DNA of 64,000 nucleotides, from the NCBI GenBank assembly GCA_016213525.1, contig JACRAE010000006.1, positions 16,691 through 80,690 on the forward strand, read 5' to 3'. Numbering within the stretch: the stretch's first letter is position 1; every line of letters starts with the position of its first letter. This stretch comes from Candidatus Aenigmatarchaeota archaeon. Its GTDB lineage: Archaea > Aenigmatarchaeota > Aenigmatarchaeia > CG10238-14 > SCSR01. The position numbers and the translations under genes are program-made. This document shows, in pieces, positions 18,078 through 28,100 of this stretch. The notes beneath the pieces are model-generated. The model saw only the letters and a list, made by a program, of their open reading frames with translations, did not search any database and was not told the DNA's origin.

Positions 18078-20093
18078 TTGTTGATGGAGCACGACGACCT
18101 AATCGAAAGATTGACCGAGTTCCTCAGTGAGTTCTATAAGAACGATCTCATAACCGCCGTGTCTGAGGGCAAGAAGTTCCTCCTCATAGACTTTTCCCTG
18201 GTAGACAAGTTCGACATCGAGCTAGCGGACCATCTGTTGGAGTATCCGGAGGACACGATAGCCGCGGCTGCCGAGGCGGCGAAGCAGATAGAGACCGGGA
18301 TGGGCGACATAGACCTGCGCCTGAGGTTCGTGAACATTCCGGAGAGCAGGGAGATTAGGATAAGGAACGTCAGGTCGGAGCACATATCCAAGATTGTGGT
18401 GATTGAGGGCTTCGTCAGGAGGGCGAGCGAGATAAGGCCAGAGGTGTCGGAGGCGATATTCCAGTGCGCGGACTGCGGCAACAAGATCACTGTGATACAG
18501 ACCGAGAGGATTATACGCAGCCCGCCGGACTGCGACTCGTGCAACAACAAGAGGAACTTCAAGCTGGTCGACCAGAAGCTCTACGACGCCAGATGGGTGA
18601 CGGTCGAGGAGGCGTCGGAGGTCACGAGCGGTGAGAGGCCGTCCAACATAATGGTCTACCTGAAGGAGGACCTGACCAGCCCGAAGATGCACAACAAGAC
18701 CGACCCCGGAAACAGGATCAAGGTCGTCGGGGTATTGAAGGAGCTGCCGAAGAGGTTCAAGGGCACGCGCTCTAGGCAGATGGACATCTACGTGGACGCG
18801 AACAGCGTCGAGTCGATAGAGAGTGAGTGGGAGGAGCTTGAGATATCGCTCGAGGACGAGCAGAGCATCATAGAGCTGGCGAACGACCCTCTGATATACC
18901 AGAAGCTGATACAGACGATAGCGCCGGCGCTCTACGGGATGGACGAGGTGAAGGAGGCGATATCCATGCAATTGTTCGGCGGCGTGCTGAAGAACCTCAG
19001 GGACAGGACGAGGGTGAGGGGCGACATACACCTTCTCCTGGTCGGAGACCCGTCGACCGCCAAGTCCTCGATAATGAAGGTCATCACCAGCCTCATCCCG
19101 AGGGGCAAGTACGTCTCCGGAAAGGGGGTCACGGCCGCCGGTCTTACGGCGACGGTCACGAAGGACGAGGACTTCCTAGGTGGTTGGATACTCGAGGCCG
19201 GGGCCTTGGTGATGTGCAACCGCAGCCTGATATCAATCGACGAGTTCGAGAAGATAGAGAAGAACGACCAGGTAGCGCTTCACGAGGCAATGGAACAGCA
19301 GTCCATCAGCATAGCGAAGGCCAACATAGTCGCGACGCTGCCGGCCAGGACGTCCATACTCGCGGGCGCGAACCCGAAGCTCGGAAGGTTCGACCCGTAC
19401 CTCCCGATCAAGGAGCAGATAGACATACCAGAGACGCTCCTGTCCAGATTCGACATGAAGTTCGCCCTTCGCGACCTCCCGACCCCCGACCTCGATGCGA
19501 AAATCGCAGATCATATAATGAACACGAGGTTCTTCCACCAGGAAGAGGCGGAGCCGATAATCAAGGTCGAGCTGATGAGGAAGTACGTCGCGTACGCCAG
19601 GAAGAACTGCCATCCGGAGATGTCCGCGGAGGCTGCGCAGGAGCTGAGGGACTTCTACCTGACCCTCAGGGGAAGGTCCGGCGAGGATTCCCCGATAGCG
19701 ATAACCCCCAGGCAGTACGAGGCTCTAATCAGGCTGGCCGAGGCCTCAGCCAAGGTCCAGCTGAGGAGCACCGTGTCGAGGGAGGACTCGCAGAGGGCGA
19801 TAAACCTGATGAAGGCATCGTTGAGGCAGTTCGGATTCGACCCGACGACCGGGAAGATAGACATCGACAGGGCGGACGGCGCGAAGTCCACCGCGTCGCA
19901 GAGGAGCAGGATAAGGATACTCATGGACGTGATAGACGACATAGGGAAGAGGGTCGGCAAGGACGTCCCGGTGGAGGACATAATCAAGCAGGCCCGGGAG
20001 GAGGGGCTCGACTCGCCCGAGGAGATACTGAGGAAGATGCTGAACGAGGGCCTCATATTCCAGCCCAAGCAGGGGTACATCAACAAGCTGTGA
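18078..20093 (+). CDS. mcm: MCM replicative helicase
   Basis: Zinc finger (CADCGN..CDSCNN). Walker A GDPSTAKS. Arginine finger SRFD. Length 671 aa, no intein. Confidence 0.95.
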   Translation: MLMEHDDLIERLTEFLSEFYKNDLITAVSEGKKFLLIDFSLVDKFDIELADHLLEYPEDTIAAAAEAAKQIETGMGDIDLRLRFVNIPESREIRIRNVRSEHISKIVVIEGFVRRASEIRPEVSEAIFQCADCGNKITVIQTERIIRSPPDCDSCNNKRNFKLVDQKLYDARWVTVEEASEVTSGERPSNIMVYLKEDLTSPKMHNKTDPGNRIKVVGVLKELPKRFKGTRSRQMDIYVDANSVESIESEWEELEISLEDEQSIIELANDPLIYQKLIQTIAPALYGMDEVKEAISMQLFGGVLKNLRDRTRVRGDIHLLLVGDPSTAKSSIMKVITSLIPRGKYVSGKGVTAAGLTATVTKDEDFLGGWILEAGALVMCNRSLISIDEFEKIEKNDQVALHEAMEQQSISIAKANIVATLPARTSILAGANPKLGRFDPYLPIKEQIDIPETLLSRFDMKFALRDLPTPDLDAKIADHIMNTRFFHQEEAEPIIKVELMRKYVAYARKNCHPEMSAEAAQELRDFYLTLRGRSGEDSPIAITPRQYEALIRLAEASAKVQLRSTVSREDSQRAINLMKASLRQFGFDPTTGKIDIDRADGAKSTASQRSRIRILMDVIDDIGKRVGKDVPVEDIIKQAREEGLDSPEEILRKMLNEGLIFQPKQGYINKL

Positions 20094-20103
20094 GCTGTTT
20101 TGA

Positions 20104-20829
20104 ATGGCGGAGAGACAGAATTCAAAGAACGTCAGGATATCGGACCTTTTGTCCGGGGTCTTCCTGCAGGGCGACAGGGAGACGATGAGGCCGAACACCA
20201 TCGTCACGCCCCTCGGGGAGCAGGTAGGGAGGGCTAGGATTGTTGGGGCAGTCGTCGAGAAGTTCCAGAGCGACGATGGGCGATTCGCGAGCGTCACGGT
20301 GGACGACGGAACGGGCGCGATGCGCGCGCGTGTTTTCGAGAGCGACCTGAAGATGATATCCGGCTTCGAGCTCGGTGACCTCGTGTCAGTGGTCGGGAAG
20401 GTGAAGAGCTTCAGGGACGAGACCTACCTCGCCCCGGATTTTGTGAGGAGGCTCGAAGACCCGAACAGCGAGACGCTCTTCAGGCTGGAGATGCTGAGGG
20501 ACATGTACGACAGGAAGAAGGCGGCCGACGAGGTGAGGTCGATGCACGACCAGATGAGCGAGGAGGAGCTCACGGAGTACGCGATGCAGAAGTACGGGAT
20601 AGATGCGCAGTCCCTGAACGTGATACTGCAGGCCAAGTCGGACAGGGTGGACTACAGGCCGCTGATACTCGACGTGATATCCGGTCTCGACAAGGGCGAG
20701 GGCGCGGAGATTGCAAAGATATTAGAGGCCGCCAAGCTAGATGAGAGTGTGGCCGAGTCTGCTATAAGCGAGCTCCTCGAATCTGGGGACCTGTACGAGC
20801 CGGTAGTCGGGAAATTGAGGAGGGTTTGA
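20104..20829 (+). CDS. RPA32-like protein (OB fold plus C-terminal winged helix)
   Basis: OB-fold segment ARIVGAVVEKF..VTVDDGTG..VVGKV. Acidic helical C-terminus resembling the RPA2 winged helix. Immediately downstream of mcm. Confidence 0.45.
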   Translation: MAERQNSKNVRISDLLSGVFLQGDRETMRPNTIVTPLGEQVGRARIVGAVVEKFQSDDGRFASVTVDDGTGAMRARVFESDLKMISGFELGDLVSVVGKVKSFRDETYLAPDFVRRLEDPNSETLFRLEMLRDMYDRKKAADEVRSMHDQMSEEELTEYAMQKYGIDAQSLNVILQAKSDRVDYRPLILDVISGLDKGEGAEIAKILEAAKLDESVAESAISELLESGDLYEPVVGKLRRV

Positions 20830-20830
20830 G

Positions 20831-21241
20831 ATGGATTTCAGCTACGAGTCACTTTTGAAGAGCGCGATGGAGAAGGTGCCGAAGAGGGAGGGCTCCGGCA
20901 AGAGGTTCAAGGTGCCACAGGTCGTTGTAGAGGCGCAAGGCGCGAAGACAGTCATCAAGAACATGGCAGAGGTCGCGTCCGGCCTGAGGAGGGAGCCCGA
21001 GCAGGTCGGCAGGTTCATAGCGAAGGAGATGGCGGCGCCGGGCAGCATACAGAACGGCACGTTCGTGCTGCAGGCGAAGGCGAGCAAGGAGATGCTCCAG
21101 AGGAAGCTCGAGGACTACATAAAAAACTTCGTCTACTGCCGCGTGTGCGGGGAGCCCGACACCAAGCTGGAGAAGGACGACAGGATAGTTTTCATAAGAT
21201 GTGAGGCATGTGGTGCGCGCTCAGCAGCCAAACCCGTCTGA
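20831..21241 (+). CDS. eif2b: Translation initiation factor 2 beta subunit (aIF2 beta)
   Basis: C-terminal zinc ribbon CRVCGEPDT..CEACG. Length 136 aa. Confidence 0.85.
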   Translation: MDFSYESLLKSAMEKVPKREGSGKRFKVPQVVVEAQGAKTVIKNMAEVASGLRREPEQVGRFIAKEMAAPGSIQNGTFVLQAKASKEMLQRKLEDYIKNFVYCRVCGEPDTKLEKDDRIVFIRCEACGARSAAKPV

Positions 21242-21551
21242 CCCGAAGAAGTTCTGGTGCAAGGTCTACCAGACCAAGCACGAGGTCGTCGCTGCAATTT
21301 GCGACGAGGACGTCCTAGGAAGGACACTCGAGGACGAGAAGTTCAAGCTGACGGTCAACAGGAGCTTCTACGGCGGCCTTCTCATAGGGGAGAGGGTGGC
21401 GCTGAAGATAATGCAGAAGGTCACGATAGGGAACCTGATGGGCGAGCACATAGTCGAAGTTGCCCTTAGGGGAGGTTTTATTACGAGAGAGAACCTAATC
21501 TTCATCGATGGCGTCCCGCACGCGCAGTTTGCCAAGCTCAATCAGAGATAG
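21201..21551 (+). CDS. DUF424-like protein (conserved neighbour of aIF2 beta)
   Basis: HEVVAAICDEDVLG..FYGG..GVPHA pattern. The 41-nt overlap with eif2b suggests a different, later start. Confidence 0.5.
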   Translation: MRHVVRAQQPNPSDPKKFWCKVYQTKHEVVAAICDEDVLGRTLEDEKFKLTVNRSFYGGLLIGERVALKIMQKVTIGNLMGEHIVEVALRGGFITRENLIFIDGVPHAQFAKLNQR

Positions 21552-21924
21552 GAAGGGCCAGTTCTTCCTGTTGTCCGCCTTCGTTATGGTCGCGATAATG
21601 TTCATCGTGAGCTCATTCATACAGCCATCCGGCGTCTTCGACACCTCGTCCGCCGTCCTGATGGACGAGGTCTACACGTTCAACAACATAAAAGAGAAGG
21701 CCGTGTCTGTCGTGAAGCTGAGCGACAGCTGCGCCGACTTGGACGGCAACATAGACGAGTACAAGCAGTTCGTCCAGACGTTCGTCGGACAGAGGAATGC
21801 GAGGCTCGTGTTCAACTACACGATATCGCAGCCGTGCTCGAACCTGGTGATGGCGACGGACTTCTACATCAAACTTACCTCACCGCGCGCCTCTATAGAT
21901 GCTAGGTTCAGGGCCACAAAATAA
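21508..21924 (+). CDS. Small pilin-like/class III signal peptide protein
   Basis: DRKGQFFLLSAFVMVAIMFIV: prepilin-like motif then a hydrophobic helix. Start uncertain. Confidence 0.35.
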   Translation: MASRTRSLPSSIRDRKGQFFLLSAFVMVAIMFIVSSFIQPSGVFDTSSAVLMDEVYTFNNIKEKAVSVVKLSDSCADLDGNIDEYKQFVQTFVGQRNARLVFNYTISQPCSNLVMATDFYIKLTSPRASIDARFRATK

Positions 21925-21930
21925 AATTTC

Positions 21931-23118
21931 CTACGCCAGGAAGTCGAGGGCGCCCTCTTCCAGCTTCATCTCCTTCTCGAGTCCTCCCCTGAAGCCGTCT
22001 TCCTTCGCCATTATCCTCAGGTAAGGTAGCATCTCCCACTTGATCTTCCTGGACGAGCAGTGGAGCTCCTTGGTCATGATTGAAAACACCTCCTTGGTCG
22101 CTGCCCTGCTGCCCTTCGTCCTTCCCATAATTGCTATGTTCTGCGGATACTGATACCTGACGTACTTCCTGTAGGGCGCCTTCTTCGACACGGCCACGCC
22201 GCCCGTCATCATGTCTATCATGTAGGCGAGGAACTTCCAGTTCTGCCTGGAGCGTATCCTGTTCCTGAAGACGTCGGCCCTGCTGAGCATGTCGTACGCC
22301 TTCGCCACCTCCTCCGGGTCCTCGTACTCGCCTGTGATGTTGTTCTCTATCCACCAGAATATCTCGTCCGGCTCCTTGTCCACGTTCCCGATGGAGTCGC
22401 GTGCCATTCTCGCCGACGTTGCCTTGAAGAGCGCCCCCATCGCGTCGAATATGCTGACCTCCCTCTCCCTCAGGCCTGAGTGGCGCATATCTTCTACTGT
22501 GGGTTTGACGCTCCTGCACACGAGTTCGAGGTCGTTTATCGCCGATCTCATGTCGCCGCCGGACTTCTTCGCTATGTCGTGTATGTAGTCCCTGCTGACG
22601 AAGACCCTCTCGGCGTCCGCGATGAGCTGCAGCCTCTTCATCACGTCCCACACGGTAAGCTTCCTGAAGGCGACCATGTCCGCCCTCTTCCTCAGCTCGT
22701 AGAGCTTCTTGCTGTACGGGTCGTTCGCTATCATGACTACCGGATACTTGCTGCTCTCGACTATCCTGATCATCTCGCCGACGCCTCCCTTGTCCTCGTA
22801 TCCGGATATGCCGTCCACCTCGTCGAACAAAAATATCTTGCCGCGGTTGAAGAGCGACTTCTGCGACACGGCGCTGCTCATCGTCTCGCTGAGTTCCTTC
22901 GAGCTCCTGAGGTCCGACGCGTTCGTCTCGATGAGGTCTATGTTGTTCTCGCGCGCGAACGCGTACACGAGAGTCGTCTTTCCAACCCCCGGCGGCCCGT
23001 GCAGGACGACCCCCTTTCCGGGCTTCCAGTCGCGCATCCACTTGACGAAGTCTTCGACGGCAGATTTCTGTCCCACGTAGGCGGAGAGCTTGTCCGGCCT
23101 GTATTTTTCCGTCAGCAT
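21931..23118 (-). CDS. rfcL: Replication factor C large subunit
   Basis: MLTEKYRP..HGPPGVGKTT. Extended C-terminus. Confidence 0.85.
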   Translation of the reverse strand: MLTEKYRPDKLSAYVGQKSAVEDFVKWMRDWKPGKGVVLHGPPGVGKTTLVYAFARENNIDLIETNASDLRSSKELSETMSSAVSQKSLFNRGKIFLFDEVDGISGYEDKGGVGEMIRIVESSKYPVVMIANDPYSKKLYELRKRADMVAFRKLTVWDVMKRLQLIADAERVFVSRDYIHDIAKKSGGDMRSAINDLELVCRSVKPTVEDMRHSGLREREVSIFDAMGALFKATSARMARDSIGNVDKEPDEIFWWIENNITGEYEDPEEVAKAYDMLSRADVFRNRIRSRQNWKFLAYMIDMMTGGVAVSKKAPYRKYVRYQYPQNIAIMGRTKGSRAATKEVFSIMTKELHCSSRKIKWEMLPYLRIMAKEDGFRGGLEKEMKLEEGALDFLA

Positions 23119-23122
23119 GGAA

Positions 23123-24091
23123 TCACTTCTTTGACAACAAGGAGACCTGCGCGAGGAACGCCTCTATCTGGATGAGCTCGTTCCCGCCTTCGGATATGCG
23201 GAAGTCGTACTCGCCGCACTTGTCTATCAGGACCATTTTCTTCTCCTCGGGCATGTCGAACGAATAGATCTGCCTGTGGATCTCCGACAGCACGTCGGAC
23301 CCGGCCAGGCCCTGCTTCAAAAGAAGGTCCTGAAGCATCTTCCTCGACTCAGAGAAGTTCCCGGATATCGCCTGGTTCAGCATGTCCCTCACGTCGTTCG
23401 GCTTCGCCCTGCTCGCCGCGTCGTAAATCGAGTCCTGGCTTATCTTGCTGCCGAGCGAGGCGGCGGACTGCATCAGGTTCGACACCCTCCTGAGGTCGCC
23501 CTCCGTTATCTCGATTATCGCGTTGACCGCGCCGCCGTCCAGATCCAGCTTCTCCGACTTCGCCACCCTGTCTATGTATGTCTTTATGTCGTCCTCGCTC
23601 AGCGACCTGAACCTGAAGACGGCGCACCTGCTCTGTATCGGCTCGATTATCTTCGTGGACCAGTTGCAGATCAGTATGAACCTGGATATCCCCGTGTGGC
23701 TCTCCATGGTCCTCCTCAGGGCCTGCTGCGCGTCCTGAGTAAGAGCGTCCGCCTCGTCCAAAATGACTATCCTGAACTGCACGCCGCCTATAGGCTTCGT
23801 CCTCGCGAACTCCTTGACCTTGTGCCTGATGACGTCTATCCCCCTCTCGTCGGACGCGTTCAGCTCTAGGACGTTCTTCTTCCATTCCGTCCCGTATAGC
23901 TCCCTCGCCAGCGCCAGGCCCATAGTGGTCTTGCCCGTGCCCGCAGGACCCGCGAACATGAGGTGCGGTATGTGCTTGTCCTTCACGAAGGCCTTCATCC
24001 TGTCGGTGACGTGCTTCTGGTTTATCACGTCGGCCAGCATCCTAGGCCTGTACTTCTCCGCCCAAATCTCCAAGACCATAACATTCCTCAA
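23123..24091 (-). CDS. rfcS: Replication factor C small subunit
   Basis: WAEKYRP. FAGPAGTGKTT. DEAD box ILDEAD. SRC motif. No intein. Confidence 0.9.
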   Translation of the reverse strand: MRNVMVLEIWAEKYRPRMLADVINQKHVTDRMKAFVKDKHIPHLMFAGPAGTGKTTMGLALARELYGTEWKKNVLELNASDERGIDVIRHKVKEFARTKPIGGVQFRIVILDEADALTQDAQQALRRTMESHTGISRFILICNWSTKIIEPIQSRCAVFRFRSLSEDDIKTYIDRVAKSEKLDLDGGAVNAIIEITEGDLRRVSNLMQSAASLGSKISQDSIYDAASRAKPNDVRDMLNQAISGNFSESRKMLQDLLLKQGLAGSDVLSEIHRQIYSFDMPEEKKMVLIDKCGEYDFRISEGGNELIQIEAFLAQVSLLSKK

Positions 24092-24112
24092 TTCGGATTC
24101 GGGGTATTTATC

Positions 24113-25165
24113 CTATTCTGGGAACCTGACCAGGGCGTCGTTGTTGTCCTCGTCCATCTCCTTAACCTCTCCCTTCCAGTCCGCCTGTATCCTTATTTCC
24201 TTCACATCGGACGGTATCTTGGCGTTCGTCACCCTGCTGGATATACCAGAGCCAGGCGAGATGGAAGGTATTATGGAGAACTTCGGCGCCGTCAACGATT
24301 CTATAATCTCGCCGTCAGCGAAGAACCCTATCGAGGAATGTACAGAGTCTTTTATTCCAACGTTCCTTATAGTCACGCTGACGTCCATGAAGCCGCCCTT
24401 CTTCACCACTGAGACGTTGGACAGGGTCAGGTCGGACAGGGCGTCCCCCTTGTAAATCGAGCCTATCGCATCCACCGTAATCTTGGTTATGTTCTGCCTG
24501 CAGTCGAGCTCGTTGGGGTACATTATGTCGCCATATCCCGGAGGCGCGTGGCCGAGGCCGAGCACGTGGCCCATCTCGTGCACGGGCCTGTTGACTCCGA
24601 CGCACTTGTTGTCGGTCGGCAGGAGGAATATCTCGCCACCCGCAATGAGGGTGTACTTGCCGTCCGTCTCAATTGCCTTCGTGGGTCCGCCCTCTCCCAC
24701 GACCCTGCTCGTCGGCGTGTCGGAGAGGCTGGGGAACCATGATATGATGATTTCAGACTCTTCCTTTGAGCCGACCTCCTGGAACGATATGACGCCGCCC
24801 GTCTTCTCCTCCCACGTCCCCATGGCCTGCCTCACGTATTCCGGGTCGTCGCTGCCGAAGCCTACCAGACCGGAGCCGCTAGAGACGTCCATGTAGTACC
24901 TCAGAGGCATGTGGTTCCACCTCGGATTGGGGAACAGCGTCGGGTAAACAATGTCCTTCCCGCCGCTGACGAAGCGCAGGTTGTTCTCTGCCACCTCTGC
25001 CTCGTCCTCCTCGATTATCTGTCCCGTTTCAGACTCCTGCGGCCCGCTTGCCGTGTCTCCCCGGAGTCCCAGATTCGACGCGTCTATGTAGCCGCCCTGC
25101 ATCAAGAAGTACCCCGCTCCCGCTATCAAAATCAATATTGCGACCAGTGTGATAGCCGTCGACAT
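24113..25165 (-). CDS. Membrane-anchored matrixin-like zinc metalloprotease
   Basis: HEMGHVLGLGH (HExxHxxGxxH). N-terminal TM helix. Beta-rich C-terminal domain. Seven nt downstream of the giant surface protein gene. Confidence 0.7.
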   Translation of the reverse strand: MSTAITLVAILILIAGAGYFLMQGGYIDASNLGLRGDTASGPQESETGQIIEEDEAEVAENNLRFVSGGKDIVYPTLFPNPRWNHMPLRYYMDVSSGSGLVGFGSDDPEYVRQAMGTWEEKTGGVISFQEVGSKEESEIIISWFPSLSDTPTSRVVGEGGPTKAIETDGKYTLIAGGEIFLLPTDNKCVGVNRPVHEMGHVLGLGHAPPGYGDIMYPNELDCRQNITKITVDAIGSIYKGDALSDLTLSNVSVVKKGGFMDVSVTIRNVGIKDSVHSSIGFFADGEIIESLTAPKFSIIPSISPGSGISSRVTNAKIPSDVKEIRIQADWKGEVKEMDEDNNDALVRFPE

Positions 25166-25171
25166 AACTGT

Positions 25172-28100
25172 CTATTTCGCGACCTGCCTTAATACGATTA
25201 GCCCGTTCCTTCCCGCGGCGTCCGAGAGGAGCACGTTGAAGGTGTAGACCTTACCGGAAACCAGGCACGGCTCAAGGGATATGTCCCAGAAACCGTTCGA
25301 GAACGCGGTCGAGTTCGTATTCTGTGTCCCCTCAACTTCCACCCTCACAGTGCCGGACGATGAGAACGAGCCCGACGCCGGGTCGGTCACCGTGCCGGTC
25401 AGCCTCCATTTCTGCGCCGCGCACGTCGTCTGAGGAGGCAGAGATGATGAGCCAAAGATTCTAGATACGAAGTATCCAGACTTGCCGTTCGTGTCGTTGA
25501 CGAATATACCGAGCGTGAATCCGGTGTTGTTGAGGTCGGTCCTCGAGTAAATAGGAATGCTCCACTGAGCCCCGCTTATCGTCGCCGATCCGGAATCTCC
25601 GGTCTCGAGTATCGTGGCAGTCGCAATGCCGCTCGTCATCTGCAATCCGGTCAGTGAGTACAGGGACCTAGCCGTGATTTCTATCGTCGAGAGTACTTGC
25701 TCTAGTTGGGCGCTCAGGTTCTGGTAGGACGTGACGTTCAGGGACGTCGAGTACGGGAAGTAGCCGCTCTTGCTGGCCGATATGACGTAGTTCGAGAAGT
25801 ACAGGTAGCCGGAAGTCTGGTTGTATGTTCCATTAGCCATGAACTCGGAGAGGAGCTGCGTCGGTATCTGGCCCGTCGAGTTCGTGGTAGCGGAGAAGTT
25901 CGAGGACGGGTTGTCCGTGTTTGCTACTGATGCGGTGTCGTTCCCATAGATGAGGGCTCCGTTCACTGCATTGTTAGATTGGTCTCTGACAACGGCGTTC
26001 ATTCTGTGTTGGACGAATAGTTTGGTGGATGTTGAGGCCCCGTTGTAGGGGAAAGTTATTGCCGATCGGTTGAAGGTCGCGTTGACGAGGTATCCGTATT
26101 TACTCGATGAAACCCCGCCCAGAGCCAAGCTGCTTTTTCCCGGGAGGTTCGTGATGTTTATGTCGTAGAATGTGTTGTTGTTCGAATCGTAAATTATCAT
26201 GCCAGAGTTTGTGACGCCGGTGTTAGTCGCTTTGACCATGTTGATTATGTCCCTGTAGACGACGTTGTTGCTGCCGCTGAAATATTCTCCCACTACCAAG
26301 TCCGTGCCGCCGACATTTTCAGTGACGGTCATATTGTTGCCCACCAGGGCGTTGTTGCTGCCGCTCACGTATATCCCATATTGCCACCCGGTAATTCCCA
26401 CGGTGTTGTTTAACACGCTGTTCCAAGAAGTCTCGATGTATATGCCGGAGTTTCCGGGGCTTCCCTGGCAGGACACGAGAAGATTCCCTATGACGATGGT
26501 TGAGTTGGCGCTGGACTCTAGATGTATGCAGGCATTGGCGGAGTTCTGATAGCCAGACGTCCTGATTTCATTATAACCTATCATGTTTTTGGTGGAACCT
26601 GACGATCCAGTCACGTATACGCCCTTGTCGTTGTAGTTCCCAGAGGCTGTTATGTTGTTGTAGGTGAAGTTGTTGGAGCCGGAGGATGATATCAGTATAG
26701 CCTCGTTTGTGTTGGTGCCGTTCGTGGATATGTTGTTTAAGGAAAATACGTTTGAATTGGAAGATGAGAAGAGATAGATTCCGTTGTTCCCAGATGAGGC
26801 ACCATTCGTCGATATTGTGTTTTGGGTGAAATTGTTACCGGAGCTGCTCTGGACGTAAATCCCTAAATTACCGCCACCCGAATTGACGCCCACTGATATG
26901 ATATTCTGTTGTATCGTGTTGTTATCGTCACCGCCATGTAGCCTTATGGCGATGTTGTTGTCACCGCCCGCAATGTTTATGGTGTTGTTCTCTATCCTAC
27001 CAGAAACGGACCCAGTGTAGTAGTGGACACCGTGTCCATAATTGCCCGAGCCCGTGTTGTTTATGACATTGTTGTATACAGTGGCATTTACTGATGTCAC
27101 ATAGACGGAGAAGAGGCTGGAAGTAGAGCCGTTGTATAGTATCACCATGTCTTTTACAGTCACATTGTTCGCAGTTATGTAAAGCGGATGACTGGAGTTA
27201 GACCATATCATAGGTCTTGTGGATGCGTTGCTCGTCAGAGTAAGGCCCGTGACGTTCACGGTGACGTTCTCGTTGTACTGGGCGTATTCTATCAGACTCT
27301 GTCCTATCCCGCCATTCCAGAGGATGGAACGTTCGTTGTCGGTGAGAGCCCTGTCCCATATGGAGAACTCATCTATCGTCGAGTTTGTGTATGTAGACTC
27401 GGCCGAGGACGCTATCGTGGGGTATCTGGTGGGAGCCCCAGATATCCCATAGACGGGATTCACACTGCTCGCCGCCTTCAGCTGATTGTCGACGTATATC
27501 CTGGCCCGATTGGAGGAGTTCGAGTCAGTGCTGTCGATGACGAGCGTTACCATGTGGAAGTTCCCGTCCGCTGGCAGGGCGTCCACCGGAGTCTGAAGAC
27601 CCAAAATATCCTGGGTCCCTCTTATATTGACGCCGAGTGTTCTTGTGGACCTCAGCAGCAGTTCAAACCCAGACTCCGAGAAGACTGTCCTGGCGTCGGA
27701 AAATATCGCCGCGCGCGAGCTCGTCGGATACTCGGTGAGCTTTATCCAAAGGTTCATCGACGTCGTCATTGAGCTGCCGCCCTGGTAGTGCAGGAACTCC
27801 CACTTGGTGGTGTTGGACCCCGAATGTGCCTCAGAGTAACCGTAAGGCGCGCCGCTCGCGACATACCAAAACGCACCGCCCAGCTTGCCCGCCGCCCTGG
27901 TGACGTTTGGCCGCACGCTCATGTTGCCGTCGGATCCTATACTCGAACCCGCGTTCAGTGAGCCCGCCATGTTGGTAAGATTTCCATCCGAATTGTCGAA
28001 CATGTAATACGCCTTGATATTGGACATGGATATCCCACTCGCCTTTTTCTCCACCATCACGACCGTCTGGCCGGAAGTGGCGTTGTTTATCGCGGCCTGT

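Noticed and set aside
18078-24091. Possible inteins in mcm, rfcS and rfcL
   Set aside because: All three have normal lengths (671, 322 and 395 aa) and uninterrupted Walker motifs. No intein block sequences seen.
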